A DNA stretch of 64,000 nt. Source: Verrucomicrobiota bacterium. GTDB lineage: Bacteria; Verrucomicrobiota; Verrucomicrobiia; Limisphaerales; Palsa-1400. This document shows positions 10,108 through 20,301 of the stretch, piece by piece (position 1 is the stretch's first letter; every line of letters begins with the position of its first letter). The position numbers were made by a program, and so were the translations under genes. The notes beneath the pieces are model-generated. The model was not told where the DNA came from. It ran no database searches and saw only the letters and a program-made list of their open reading frames with translations. The stretch covers positions 1-64,000 of the forward strand of contig JBEKYR010000019.1 in assembly GCA_049510745.1 (NCBI GenBank). The letters run 5' to 3'.

Positions 10108-12306
10108 GTGATCCTACTTGCCGCCATCCAATGGCATCCGCGCCTGGCGCCGCTGTGGTGCGCCGGGTTGCTCCTGGCCGCTGCCGCGTGGGGATGGCTG
10201 CTCTGGCGGCGTATCCGCCGGCGGGCGCCCGTTGCCGCGCCTTGGATTGCGCTCCCAAAATGGCTCACGTTGCTGCTGCTGTTGCTGGCGCTCTTCGATC
10301 CCGTCTCCACGCTCCAAAAATCCGAGCCGGCCAAAGGCAGACTGCTCGCCCTAGTCGATTCGTCTTCTTCGATGGACGTGGCGGATGATTACCGCCAGTC
10401 GCGCGCGGCCCGTGCTCAAGCCATTGTCGAGAAGTGGAAGAAATCGCTCCCCGCCGGTGTCGCGCTCGACGAGTTGGCGTTCGACACCACGATTCACAAA
10501 CCCGGCGCGGCGCCGGCTGCCACCGTTCGCGGCACGGACCTGGGCGGTTGTTTGCTGGCGCTTTCCGAGCGCGGCGACGTGGCGTCCTATCTCGGTGTCG
10601 TCTTGCTCACCGACGGCGGAGATGAAGCCATCGAAGACCCGACGCTGCCCCCCATCCCTCTTTCGATCGTGGGCATCGGAACGGACCCGGCGACTTGGAA
10701 CGATTTGGCCATCACCGACGCGCAGGCGCCGGCGACCGCCGAGAAAGACACCGATTTTGAGATCAGCGCGGACCTCCAGGCGCGCGCCGGTCATGGCGCT
10801 GGTTTCAGCCAGGCCCTTGCGCGCGCTCGTGTTTCATTGGAGCACGCGGCGGGCGGCGGTTGGGAAAAAGTCAGCGACACCAGCGTGGATTTGTCCCATT
10901 TGAACGCCCGCGCGCGCCTTTCCGCCCGCAGCAGCCAACTGGGCTTGCAACGCTACCGGGTCACAGTCCAGCCGGCCAGCGGCGAGCTTTCCACGCTCAA
11001 CAATTCGCGCACCGTCACCGTGAACGTGCAAAAGAAGGCGCTGCGCGTGCTCTATTTCACGCTCGACTTGGGACAGGAGTTCAAGGTGTTGCGCAACGAG
11101 TTGGGGCGCGATCCGGGCCTCGCTTTCACTGCCTTGTTCCGCAGCGCCGGCGAGCGATTCACGCTGCAAGGCGACCGCGTGCCCGGCGATGACGCGCTGG
11201 CGGCGGGATTTCCGTCCACCAAAGCCGCGCTCCAGGGCTACGACGTGATCGTCATCGGTTCCTTTCCGGCCGAGGATTGCGCGCCGCGGCAGATGCAGGC
11301 GTTGATTCAATTTGTCGAAGAGGGCGGGACGTTGATTTTTCTCGGTGGCGACAAGTCGTTCGGCCGCGGCGGTTATGCCGGGAGCTTGCTGGACGTTCTC
11401 TTTCCCTGGCGACTTTCGCCGCAAGAACCGGCGCCGGCTCAAGGCTCGTTCACCGTGCGCGTCCCGCCCATGGCCTCCGGCCACCCCATGCTGGCGACCG
11501 TCGAAGACACGGTGACGCACGCGCCGGCCCGCCTCGACAGTCTCAACCAGGTGGGCGAACTGAAGCCCAACGCCACGGCCCTGTTGACGGCGCAGATGGG
11601 TGACCGCGCCGTCGCGGTGGTCGCGGTGCAGCCCTTTGGCAAAGGCAAAGTCATGGGAATTGCGACCGACACCTTCTGGAAATGGGCCTTGCAGCCCGAA
11701 CCCCTCCGCTCGGCCTACGGACTCTTCTGGCGGCAGGCGGTGCGGAATCTGACCGGCAAAACCGAAGGCGGCCAGAACCTCGCCGTGCGGTGGGACAAGG
11801 ACTTTTACCGGCCCGGCGATCAGGCAACGGGCGAGATTCGGGTGCTCGGCGCCGGCGCGGGTGTGCTGCGCTTTACCGCGTCCCTGTCAAGAAAGGACCA
11901 AAGCATGGCGCTGGAGGTGACGCCGCTGCCGGCGCAGCCGCAGACCTTCCAAGTCAAACCGCGCTTTCGCGACCGGGGTGATTATGGTTTTCGGCTGGTC
12001 GCTTATCAGGGAGATCGCGTTCTGGAGGCCTACGAGAAAACCTTTCCCATTGCGCCGCGGGTGGACGAGGGATCGCGGCTCGAGCTGGACGAGGTGTTTC
12101 TGAAACGGGTCGCCGGCCTGGGCGGAGGCGTCTATTACCGCGAAGACGAGGCGGGACAATTCCTGGAGCGCGTCGCCAGCCGCCCTCTGCGCAAGGTGGC
12201 GGTCGAGGAATCCTCGCTGGTCGAGGCCGGGCCTTGGTTTGTTCTGGTGTTCCTGGCAGTCCTGGTGTTGGAATGGACCCTGCGGCGCAAAGTCAACTTG
12301 TTCTGA
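10108..12306 (+). CDS. Membrane vWA protein with glutamine-amidotransferase-like domain
   Basis: N-terminal TM helices, DSSSSM and LLTDG MIDAS, YDVIVIG...FVEEGGTLIFLGG..SF, C-terminal EWTLRRK. Confidence 0.75.
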   Translation: MILLAAIQWHPRLAPLWCAGLLLAAAAWGWLLWRRIRRRAPVAAPWIALPKWLTLLLLLLALFDPVSTLQKSEPAKGRLLALVDSSSSMDVADDYRQSRAARAQAIVEKWKKSLPAGVALDELAFDTTIHKPGAAPAATVRGTDLGGCLLALSERGDVASYLGVVLLTDGGDEAIEDPTLPPIPLSIVGIGTDPATWNDLAITDAQAPATAEKDTDFEISADLQARAGHGAGFSQALARARVSLEHAAGGGWEKVSDTSVDLSHLNARARLSARSSQLGLQRYRVTVQPASGELSTLNNSRTVTVNVQKKALRVLYFTLDLGQEFKVLRNELGRDPGLAFTALFRSAGERFTLQGDRVPGDDALAAGFPSTKAALQGYDVIVIGSFPAEDCAPRQMQALIQFVEEGGTLIFLGGDKSFGRGGYAGSLLDVLFPWRLSPQEPAPAQGSFTVRVPPMASGHPMLATVEDTVTHAPARLDSLNQVGELKPNATALLTAQMGDRAVAVVAVQPFGKGKVMGIATDTFWKWALQPEPLRSAYGLFWRQAVRNLTGKTEGGQNLAVRWDKDFYRPGDQATGEIRVLGAGAGVLRFTASLSRKDQSMALEVTPLPAQPQTFQVKPRFRDRGDYGFRLVAYQGDRVLEAYEKTFPIAPRVDEGSRLELDEVFLKRVAGLGGGVYYREDEAGQFLERVASRPLRKVAVEESSLVEAGPWFVLVFLAVLVLEWTLRRKVNLF

Positions 12307-12308
12307 AA

Positions 12309-13412
12309 ATGGATTTGAAGCACACTTTCCCCGGATTCGCCCGGCAGCGCGGGCGCCGCGCCGCGGTGCTGGCCGTTGCCTTCCTCGCTTGGGCCGTTTT
12401 TCCCGCTCCGGGCGCGGAGGTGCCGCGCGACGGCCGGATCGAATTCTCCGACGGCCACCGGGTCGAAGGCAAAATCTCGTTGACGCCGGGCGGCGCGTTG
12501 AAGATTCAATCCGGCTCTCAAATCCGCGTCCTGGACCTGGACCGCGTGCGGGAAATCCGCCTTTCTCCCGAGAAGGAAGAGATGGATCGCAACTGGCGGT
12601 TCAAGGAGGCGGGGCAGACCGCCAAGGAATTTTTCGGAGAACCGTATCCGGTTCGCTTTTTGCAAGCGACCGTCCTCCTGGCCGGCGGTGAATCGTTCAC
12701 CGGCCATCTTTACTCGACCGTCCTCTACGTCGAGGGCGAAGAGAGCACGCAAAAAGTGCTTCTGCCGGCCAAACAACGCGGCGCGGAGGGCCAATCCTTG
12801 AAGTCCCTCGTCTATCCCACCCGCATTTCATTTGCGGGCGCGCCCGTGGCAGACACCGCGACGGCCACGTTGCGTCTGAAATGGCCGGGGTTGGGGCCGC
12901 GCTCCGAAATCGCCGCCCTCACCCGAGGCGACCTCGTGCGGCTGGCGCCGACGCCGACGGGTCCGGCGGGCGAATTCAAAATGCCCTCGCCTTCGGGCAA
13001 GGAATTGTTCCTGGCGATCAAGGCCGGCGGAAGAATTGTCGCCGGCTGGCCTGCGGAAAAGGATGGGAAAACCCTGGCGCAGGTGCAAAAGGCGCTGACC
13101 AATTCCGAGGATTTCTTCGATGAACGCCGCGTCCTGGGCGTGGTCCGGGATTCGGCGGCGGACGAAATCTATGCGCTGCTGCTGGCCGCGCGGAAAGGCC
13201 AGACGACCCTTGAGGAAACCCGAAGCCAGCCGTGGCGCCTGGAGATTTACCGGTGGAAAACGGAGGAAGGAAGCGACCGGCTGATGCTCGCCGGGCAAGG
13301 TTACTTGTTCCGCGGCATCGACGCGAAAAACGAAACTGTCCCAGTGGTGGAGTTGTCCGACAAGCTGTGGCATATTCGCCATGACGGAGCGACATGGACC
13401 GCAGGGGAATGA
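12309..13412 (+). CDS. Exported hypothetical protein
   Basis: Signal-like N-terminus from ATG 12309; tightly packed in the operon. Confidence 0.7.
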   Translation: MDLKHTFPGFARQRGRRAAVLAVAFLAWAVFPAPGAEVPRDGRIEFSDGHRVEGKISLTPGGALKIQSGSQIRVLDLDRVREIRLSPEKEEMDRNWRFKEAGQTAKEFFGEPYPVRFLQATVLLAGGESFTGHLYSTVLYVEGEESTQKVLLPAKQRGAEGQSLKSLVYPTRISFAGAPVADTATATLRLKWPGLGPRSEIAALTRGDLVRLAPTPTGPAGEFKMPSPSGKELFLAIKAGGRIVAGWPAEKDGKTLAQVQKALTNSEDFFDERRVLGVVRDSAADEIYALLLAARKGQTTLEETRSQPWRLEIYRWKTEEGSDRLMLAGQGYLFRGIDAKNETVPVVELSDKLWHIRHDGATWTAGE

Positions 13413-16400
13413 AACCGGTCGAATCGATGCGCCAGGAACAGACCAACTTGTCCAGCACGCTGCGCGCCGCCGGGGCGCGGCTGAAAGGGTCGCTGCTCCT
13501 GGCGGGCGCGTGCGGGTGGCTGGCGGTCTGTTTGGGGGCGGGGCTGGTGTTGTTTCTATTTGACGATTTGCTCAGTCTGCCCGCCGGGTTGCGTCTGCCG
13601 CTGGCGCTGGGCGGGGCTTTTTTCAGCGGCGTTTTTTTGTTTCAAAAGGTGCTGCGGGTGGCCTGGCGCAGGCAAACGCCCGAACGCACGGCCCTCATGC
13701 TCGAAGCGCGCTATGGCATCCGCGACAACCTCCTCATTAACGCGATCCAGTTCCAGCGCCAATCCATCAACGCGCAGGAGCTGCCTTTCGCCGCGCGCAC
13801 GGTGGCCGCCTCCGAGAATATCACCAGTGGCCTGCGCGTCAGCGAGCTTTGGGACTGGCCCAAGCTGCGGGTCTGGGGCGGCGCGGCGATGGCCGTCGTG
13901 CTGGTCTGGGCGGCTGTCATCGCGTTCTTTCCCCGCCAGTTCGCCGCCACGGCCGCGCGCTACGCCCTGCCTCTGAGCGATGTCCCGCCCCCGGGCGACT
14001 TGGTGCTCAGACTGACCCCTGGCAGCGATGTCACGGTCGCGGAAGGCGAGAACCTCGAAGTAGGCGTTGCAATCGAAAAAACCCCGCGCCCGACAGCGCC
14101 GGCGCCGCCCTTGATTGTCTGGCGGGAGAAATCCGATTTCATTCAGCCGGCGCAAAACGGCGGCGAACATTCCGCGATGGAGCCGCTGGCGCCGTCCGGG
14201 GGGCAACCGCCGTCGCCGGGCAAGTTTGTGCATGTCTTTGCCAACATCCAGACGCCTTTCGCGTTCCGCGTCTTCGCCGGCGACACCTTCACGCGCAGCG
14301 TCGCGGTGAAAGTGTGGCCCGCGCCGCGCCTCCAGGACGCGGCCTTCCGCGTGACGCCGCCCGCTTACTGCGGGCTGAAGCCGCAAAGCGTCTCCGGCCC
14401 GCCCGCTCCGCTGGCCGTGCTGGCGGGGTCACAGGTGGAAATCTCCTTTGCCATCCAGCCGCCGGTGCAGTCAGCGACCTGGAAGCTCGGCGGAAATTCG
14501 GTGGCCTTCGGCGGCAACAGTTCGCACTGGAAGGCGGTGGCCGCCGTCACCAACTCGGGCGCTTACGAAATTGAGGCGGCCTACCAACTCGGCGGCAAAC
14601 CCCTGGCCGTTGCGCGCGGCGACGTCCAGATCATTCCTGACAATCCGCCGGAAGTCGATTTTGTCACCGAAGACCGCAATCGGCTCGTGCAGTTCGGACA
14701 GACCCTCCAGCTCGAGATTCTGGCCCGCGATGATTTCGGCCTGGCCGAGATTGCGGTGGTCGCGCGGCCAACGGAAAAGGACGAGCCGGGCCGCGTGATC
14801 AAACGCTGGACCTATCTGGGTCCGCCGGGCAATCCGGGGCCTCTCCGCGAGTCGTTCTCGTGGGTCGTTGATCCGCGCCTGTTCGAGTCCGGCGCCTCTT
14901 ACTATCTGGAGGCCTTGGCCAATGATTTCCGCCCGGGCGGCCTTCCGTCCCGTTCGCGGCCGATTGTGTTGCGCCTGAAATCCTCGGATGACCTTGCCTT
15001 GCGCGACGACGATCCGCTGAAGCCCGCTTTCGACGCGCTCAAACGCGCCAGTGCCGCTCAGGAAAGAGCCACTCGCCTGACGGCGAACCTGCGCACGTAC
15101 CTTCACGACGTCCTCCAAAAGAACAGCCTGGCCAGCCAGGTCAATGCCGTGAGCGCGCCACAGAACGAAGCGCGCGGTCATGCTTCCGAAGCCCTGTCAC
15201 TCTTCAGCCAGCAAACCGACGGCAAGCCTTACGCCGAGACTTTGTCCGGGCTGGTCCATCACGACATGGCGGCGGCGCAGGACGACCTTCGTTCCCTCTA
15301 CGGGGCGGCTGAGAGTGGACTGCCCGGCCTGCTTGCCGGCCTTGAAACACGCCAGGGGCGGATTCTTACCGGTTTGCTCAGTTTGCTGGGCCAGATTGCC
15401 GACGCGCGAACCACCCCGCTCAACGCCGTCGCCGAAGGCAAGAACTCCAATCAAACCCCGGCCACGGACGAGGCCCGGGCGCGCGAATGGATGGAGGAGA
15501 TGAAGAATTTCGTGGCCGAGCAGGAGCGCCTTCTGGAGAAGAGCCGCACGCTGGCGGCCAAGGAGCCGGAGGATTTGACTCAGGCCGACGAGGCGGTTCT
15601 GGGCGAATTGTCGCGCGACGAGGACAAGTGGGCCAAGTTTCTGGAGGAGAAACTGACCGATTTCAGCAAACTGCCGCAGCAGGATTTCGCCGATGCGTCC
15701 CTGGCGCGGGAGGGCAACTCGGTCTTCCAGGAGGTGCAGGAGGCCGCCGAGGCGTTGACCCAAAAGAATATCGAATTGGCCGTGCCCCACGAACAATCGG
15801 GCCTCGAAAATGCCAAGGAGCTTGTCAACAATCTCGAACGCTGGCTGCCCGACACGCCGGACAATATCAAGTGGAGCATGGAGGAACCTCTCGCTCCGAC
15901 GGACATCGCCCTGGCCGAATTGCCGAAGGAGCTTGAAGATATTGTGGGCGAATTGCTCGATAAGGAGGAGCAAATGACGCCCGAGGTCGAAGACGTCACC
16001 AGTTCCTGGTTGGATTCCGCCGACAAAGAAGCCGGCTGGGACGCGATCGATGGGCCGATTTCCGACATGAGCACCAAAGGCGTCACCGGAAATCGCCTGC
16101 CCAATCAGAACGAAGTCGGCGGACGTTCCGGCGAAGGCCGCACCGGCCGCAGTCACGGCCAGATGGTTGGCGACACCGCCGAAGGCAAAGGCGGGCGCGA
16201 AACGCCGACACGTTTGGAGCCGGAGCCTTTCGAACAAGGCAGCGTCAAGGACTCCGCGAAAAACGATTCCGGCGGCGCGACCGGCGGCGGCAAATTGTCC
16301 GGCTTTGGAGGCGAGGGGCTGCGTGGTCCCGCCCCGCCGCCGTCGAGCCAAAAACTGCCGCGGCTGGCCGAGCAGCAGGCCAAAATCCGGCAGCAGGCCG

Positions 16401-16723
16401 AAGCCCTGGCGCTGCAATTGCGCCGCTATCACCTCTCCGGCGGCGAATTGGAAACGTCTGTCAACGCCATGAACCGGCTCGAACAAGCCGCGCACAAGGA
16501 GGACGGCCTGGGCGTGCGCCGGGCTTTCAGCCAGGCGGTGAACTCCCTCGGCGCCGCCAAAAATACCGTGCAAAGCCAGGCCGCCGTTCGGCGCGAGCAG
16601 GACAAGCTGCCGCCCTGGGTGCGCGAGCAAATGCGCGTCGGCGTCCAGGACGGCGTGCCTAAAGGCTATGAGGAAATGGTCGCCGAGTACTATCGCGCGC
16701 TGGCCGAAGGAAGAAGCCAATGA
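13409..16723 (+). CDS. DUF4175-like membrane-anchored coiled-coil protein
   Basis: Three N-terminal TM helices, DDFGL motif, long helical region, C-terminal VPKGYEEMVAEYYRALA. Confidence 0.7.
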   Translation: MKPVESMRQEQTNLSSTLRAAGARLKGSLLLAGACGWLAVCLGAGLVLFLFDDLLSLPAGLRLPLALGGAFFSGVFLFQKVLRVAWRRQTPERTALMLEARYGIRDNLLINAIQFQRQSINAQELPFAARTVAASENITSGLRVSELWDWPKLRVWGGAAMAVVLVWAAVIAFFPRQFAATAARYALPLSDVPPPGDLVLRLTPGSDVTVAEGENLEVGVAIEKTPRPTAPAPPLIVWREKSDFIQPAQNGGEHSAMEPLAPSGGQPPSPGKFVHVFANIQTPFAFRVFAGDTFTRSVAVKVWPAPRLQDAAFRVTPPAYCGLKPQSVSGPPAPLAVLAGSQVEISFAIQPPVQSATWKLGGNSVAFGGNSSHWKAVAAVTNSGAYEIEAAYQLGGKPLAVARGDVQIIPDNPPEVDFVTEDRNRLVQFGQTLQLEILARDDFGLAEIAVVARPTEKDEPGRVIKRWTYLGPPGNPGPLRESFSWVVDPRLFESGASYYLEALANDFRPGGLPSRSRPIVLRLKSSDDLALRDDDPLKPAFDALKRASAAQERATRLTANLRTYLHDVLQKNSLASQVNAVSAPQNEARGHASEALSLFSQQTDGKPYAETLSGLVHHDMAAAQDDLRSLYGAAESGLPGLLAGLETRQGRILTGLLSLLGQIADARTTPLNAVAEGKNSNQTPATDEARAREWMEEMKNFVAEQERLLEKSRTLAAKEPEDLTQADEAVLGELSRDEDKWAKFLEEKLTDFSKLPQQDFADASLAREGNSVFQEVQEAAEALTQKNIELAVPHEQSGLENAKELVNNLERWLPDTPDNIKWSMEEPLAPTDIALAELPKELEDIVGELLDKEEQMTPEVEDVTSSWLDSADKEAGWDAIDGPISDMSTKGVTGNRLPNQNEVGGRSGEGRTGRSHGQMVGDTAEGKGGRETPTRLEPEPFEQGSVKDSAKNDSGGATGGGKLSGFGGEGLRGPAPPPSSQKLPRLAEQQAKIRQQAEALALQLRRYHLSGGELETSVNAMNRLEQAAHKEDGLGVRRAFSQAVNSLGAAKNTVQSQAAVRREQDKLPPWVREQMRVGVQDGVPKGYEEMVAEYYRALAEGRSQ

Positions 16724-17370
16724 ACCCCGCCCTCGTTGCCGCTTTTCTAGTTCTATTGTTGACATCCGTCCCCTGCCCCGCCCAGGCGAATTCGGTTTTG
16801 CCTCACGGCGACTTCGAGCAGCCCGACCCGCGGGACCCCGCCAAGCCGGCCGGATGGGATCGCGTCGATGGCCTGGGCGTTCAGTGGATCGAGGCCCCCG
16901 ACGCCGCCCACGGAAAGGCCATCCGCATGGATACCCGCGTCAGTGAGCAGGCCATGCAGGCGCAATGGGTCAAGCGGGGTCTGACCAATTTGTGGAACAT
17001 CCCCAAGCCGGAGAAAAATGCGATTGCCGAAACCTACGGCCTCTCGCTCTATTCCGACCCGATCCCCGTCAAACCCGGCCAGGCCTATCGAATTACGTTT
17101 GATTACCAGGGTCCCGACCGCGGGGCCAAGGTCTGGGTGCGCGGCTGGGGCGTGTTCCAAGGCGAAAAACGGCGGCGCTGGGAAACCACCGTCACCTGCC
17201 ATTGTACGAATGGCACGTGGACGACCTGCACCCAGGTCTTCCATCCCACGCGGGCGCGCCCGGAAGTCACCGAAATGCGGGTGATGCTCTTTGCTTATTA
17301 TCCCGCGGGCGTCTCATGGTTCGACAACGTCCGCATCGCGCCAGTCAACGAGCCGGAGAAACCGAAATGA
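16720..17370 (+). CDS. Exported CBM-like (galactose-binding fold) protein
   Basis: Signal peptide, HGDFE, VKPGQAYRITF, WFDNVRI. Confidence 0.6.
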   Translation: MNPALVAAFLVLLLTSVPCPAQANSVLPHGDFEQPDPRDPAKPAGWDRVDGLGVQWIEAPDAAHGKAIRMDTRVSEQAMQAQWVKRGLTNLWNIPKPEKNAIAETYGLSLYSDPIPVKPGQAYRITFDYQGPDRGAKVWVRGWGVFQGEKRRRWETTVTCHCTNGTWTTCTQVFHPTRARPEVTEMRVMLFAYYPAGVSWFDNVRIAPVNEPEKPK

Positions 17371-18515
17371 CGCCCCCCGCGTTAGCTTGGTTCGCCGGCA
17401 TGATGGATCGTTGTCATGAATTGGCGGAAGCGGCCAAGGCGCAAGGCCGGCCCATCGTGGGCATGATGTGCGAATTTACGCCGCGCGAAATCATTCTGGC
17501 CGCCGGCGCCGTGCCGGTCTGCCTTTGCGGCGGCTCCGCCGCGACCATCCCGCCGGCGGAGCAATTCCTGCCGGCCAATCTCTGTCCGCTGATCAAGTCC
17601 ACCTTCGGTTATCACGTCACCGGAAAAAATCCGTTTCTGAATTGGGCGGATTTGGTCGTGGCCGAGACGGCCTGTGACGGGAAAAAGAAAATGTTCGAGT
17701 TGATGAGCGCCACCAAACCGATGTATGTGCTCGAACTGCCGCAAAAGGCCGATGACGCCGACGCCCTGGAACATTGGACGCAGGAGGTGCGCAAGTTCAA
17801 GGAGCATATCGAGCAACGGTTTCAAACGCGCGTCACGGACGAAAAACTTCGCGACGCCGCCCGGCTGATGAACCGCGAGCGTGGATTGCGCCGGCAACTG
17901 GCCGCCCTGCTGGCGCGCGAGCCGCCGCCGCTGACGGGACGGCAATTGATTGAGTTCAAAAGCATTATTTCCGGCATCGAAGCGGACCTTCAGCAGTATG
18001 AGCGGGCCGTCCAGTGGTTCGGCGACAACCCCGGTTCTCCCCCGCCCGGCGCCGGGAAAATTCGTGTTCTGCTGACGGGTGTGCCGATTGTCCGCGGCGC
18101 GGAGCGGGTTTTGGAACTGATCGAAGACGCCGGCGCGGTCGTGGTCGCCATGGAGAACTGTACCGGCCTCAAACCGATACTTGACGATGTGGAATTGGAC
18201 GGGCCGGAGCCTCTTCGCGCCATTGCCCGGAAATACTACCACCTCCCCTGCTCCGTTATGACGCCGAACACCCGGCGCTTCGACATGCTTCGCTCGCTGG
18301 CGGCGAAATTCCGTCCGCATTGCGTCATCGAGCTGATTTGGCAGGCGTGCCTCACCTACGACATTGAGTCGTTCCACGTCCGCAAACTGGCTGAGGAAGA
18401 ACTCCGGCTGCCTTACCTGAAAATCACGACGGATTATTCGCCGTCGGACTCGGCTCGAATTTCGGCGCGCGTCGAAGCCCTGTTTGAAACGATCCGCGCC
18501 AAAGAATCATTATGA
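17367..18515 (+). CDS. Double-cubane-cluster protein (DCCP / YjiM-like), 2-hydroxyacyl-CoA dehydratase family
   Basis: Motifs as I recall them from YjiM/DCCP: MCEFTPREI, LPANLCPLIKS, AETACDGKKKM, ENCTG, PCS...PN, QACLTY, TDYS.SD. ATGA overlap at 17367. Confidence 0.8.
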   Translation: MTPPALAWFAGMMDRCHELAEAAKAQGRPIVGMMCEFTPREIILAAGAVPVCLCGGSAATIPPAEQFLPANLCPLIKSTFGYHVTGKNPFLNWADLVVAETACDGKKKMFELMSATKPMYVLELPQKADDADALEHWTQEVRKFKEHIEQRFQTRVTDEKLRDAARLMNRERGLRRQLAALLAREPPPLTGRQLIEFKSIISGIEADLQQYERAVQWFGDNPGSPPPGAGKIRVLLTGVPIVRGAERVLELIEDAGAVVVAMENCTGLKPILDDVELDGPEPLRAIARKYYHLPCSVMTPNTRRFDMLRSLAAKFRPHCVIELIWQACLTYDIESFHVRKLAEEELRLPYLKITTDYSPSDSARISARVEALFETIRAKESL

Positions 18516-19318
18516 AATCAGCACCGCAAATTCATCTCTCCGATGTCCAGGCCGTTTATTCCGGGCCGGAAGGCCGGCTCTGGGAACTGCTCATGGGCGA
18601 ACAGATTCACCTCGGCGGTTTCCAGTCCTCGATGGACCTGGCGCAGCGCGCCGGCATCACCGCCGGCTGGGAGGGCGTTGACCTCTGCTGCTGCACCGGC
18701 GCCGGCATGAGGTTTTTGGCGCGCTTCCTCAACGTGGCGCGCATGACCGGCGTGGACGCCACGCCCGCCGTGCTGGCGCTGGGCCGCCGCCGCTGCGCCG
18801 AGGAAGGCCTGGCGGAAAAAATCTCGTTCGTCGAAGGCAACGCCTGCGCGACTGGCCTGCCTTCCGGCCAGTTCGATTTCGTGTGGGGCGAAGACGCCTG
18901 GTGCTACGTCGAGGACAAGGCGAAGTTAATCGCCGAAGCGGCCCGGCTGCTCAAACCGCGCGGCAAAATCGTTTTCACCGACTGGATGGAAGGCCCGGCC
19001 GGATTGACCGGGGCCGAAGCCGGCCGCTATCTCGGTTTCATGAAATTTCCCAACGTGCTCACTCTCGGCGAATACCAGTCGCTGCTCCAGGCCAACGGGT
19101 GCGCGGTGCATCTTGCGCAGGATACCGGCCGCTTTGCCGCCAGCGTGTCGCTTTACCTCGACATGATCGAAAAACAATTGACCTACGACGCGCTGAAGAT
19201 CATCGGCTTCGACCTCGCGCTGGCGCAAAGTCTCGCCGGTGAAATGCGTTTTATTCAATCGCTCGCCGAGGCTGGAAAAATCATCCAGGGCCTTATCGTC
19301 GCGGACGAACCCCGGTAA
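18512..19318 (+). CDS. Class I SAM-dependent methyltransferase
   Basis: GEQIHLG, VDLCCCTGAG (motif I), FDFVWGEDA, RLLKPRGKIVFTD. Confidence 0.85.
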   Translation: MKSAPQIHLSDVQAVYSGPEGRLWELLMGEQIHLGGFQSSMDLAQRAGITAGWEGVDLCCCTGAGMRFLARFLNVARMTGVDATPAVLALGRRRCAEEGLAEKISFVEGNACATGLPSGQFDFVWGEDAWCYVEDKAKLIAEAARLLKPRGKIVFTDWMEGPAGLTGAEAGRYLGFMKFPNVLTLGEYQSLLQANGCAVHLAQDTGRFAASVSLYLDMIEKQLTYDALKIIGFDLALAQSLAGEMRFIQSLAEAGKIIQGLIVADEPR

Positions 19319-19332
19319 AACCAGCGCGGAAA

Positions 19333-20301
19333 ATGGACGTGTTCCTCACCAGCCCGTGGATTCCCGCCGAATGGATCCGGGCGCACGGCTTGCAGCCGCG
19401 GGGCCTCTGGGCGGCGGAAAATCTCCAGGGCGGCGCGTGGCCGCTTTCCGCCGGCGACTGCGCGTTTGCGGAGGCCGTGGTGCGGTTTGCCGAGGCGCGC
19501 ACGGATTCCGCCGTGATTTTTTCGACGGCCTGCGACCAGCTCCGGCGCGGCTTTGACGCCGTCGTTCTCCACGGACAGGGCCGCGCGTTTTTGTTCAACC
19601 TGCCGGCCACGTGGCAGACGGCAGCGGCCGGGCAAATTTTCCGCTCGGAGCTGGAGCGGCTGGGACAATTTCTTTTGTCCATCGGCGGCCGCGCGCCGCC
19701 GGCGGAGGCGTTGCGGCAGGACATGTTGCGTTCCAGCCGGACACGCACGCGTTTGCTCGAATCAGCGCCGGCCAGTTCTCCGCGCGGGTTTGCCGAAGCC
19801 GTGGCGCGATTTCATGGCGACGGCTCTTTTTCGCCGCCGCCGCCGGACGCGCCGACAACTCAAATTCCGCTCGCCCTTGTCGGCGGCCCGTTTCCGGCGC
19901 CGCACTGGAAATTGCTGGACGAATTGGAAGCCGCCGGCGGACGCGTCGCGCTGAACGCCACCGAAACAGGCGAACGCAGCCTGTCGCCGGCGTTTGAATT
20001 TGAGGGCGGCGCAAACCATCCGTTCGACGCGCTGGTCCGCGGCTACTGCGACCACATTATTGACGTGTTCCAGCGGCCGAACACGCGGCTTTATTCCTGG
20101 CTGAAGCCGCGGCTGGCATCCCGCCGCGTGCGCGGCATCGTGCTCTGGCATTTCACCGGCTGCGATCTTTGGCGGGCGGAGGCGCAGACGTTGCGGGAGA
20201 CTTTTGGCCTGCCGGTCTTGCTGCTCGAAGCCGGCGGAGAACCGGGCGCCGCGCCGCGCGAAATCAACCGCCTCCAGGCTTTTGTGGAAACGCTCAAATG
20301 A
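19333..20301 (+). CDS. 2-hydroxyacyl-CoA dehydratase family subunit (HgdB/FldB-like, shortened)
   Basis: WIPAEWIRAHG, GDCAF, STACDQLRR, GCDLW, RLQAFVETL. Confidence 0.7.
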   Translation: MDVFLTSPWIPAEWIRAHGLQPRGLWAAENLQGGAWPLSAGDCAFAEAVVRFAEARTDSAVIFSTACDQLRRGFDAVVLHGQGRAFLFNLPATWQTAAAGQIFRSELERLGQFLLSIGGRAPPAEALRQDMLRSSRTRTRLLESAPASSPRGFAEAVARFHGDGSFSPPPPDAPTTQIPLALVGGPFPAPHWKLLDELEAAGGRVALNATETGERSLSPAFEFEGGANHPFDALVRGYCDHIIDVFQRPNTRLYSWLKPRLASRRVRGIVLWHFTGCDLWRAEAQTLRETFGLPVLLLEAGGEPGAAPREINRLQAFVETLK

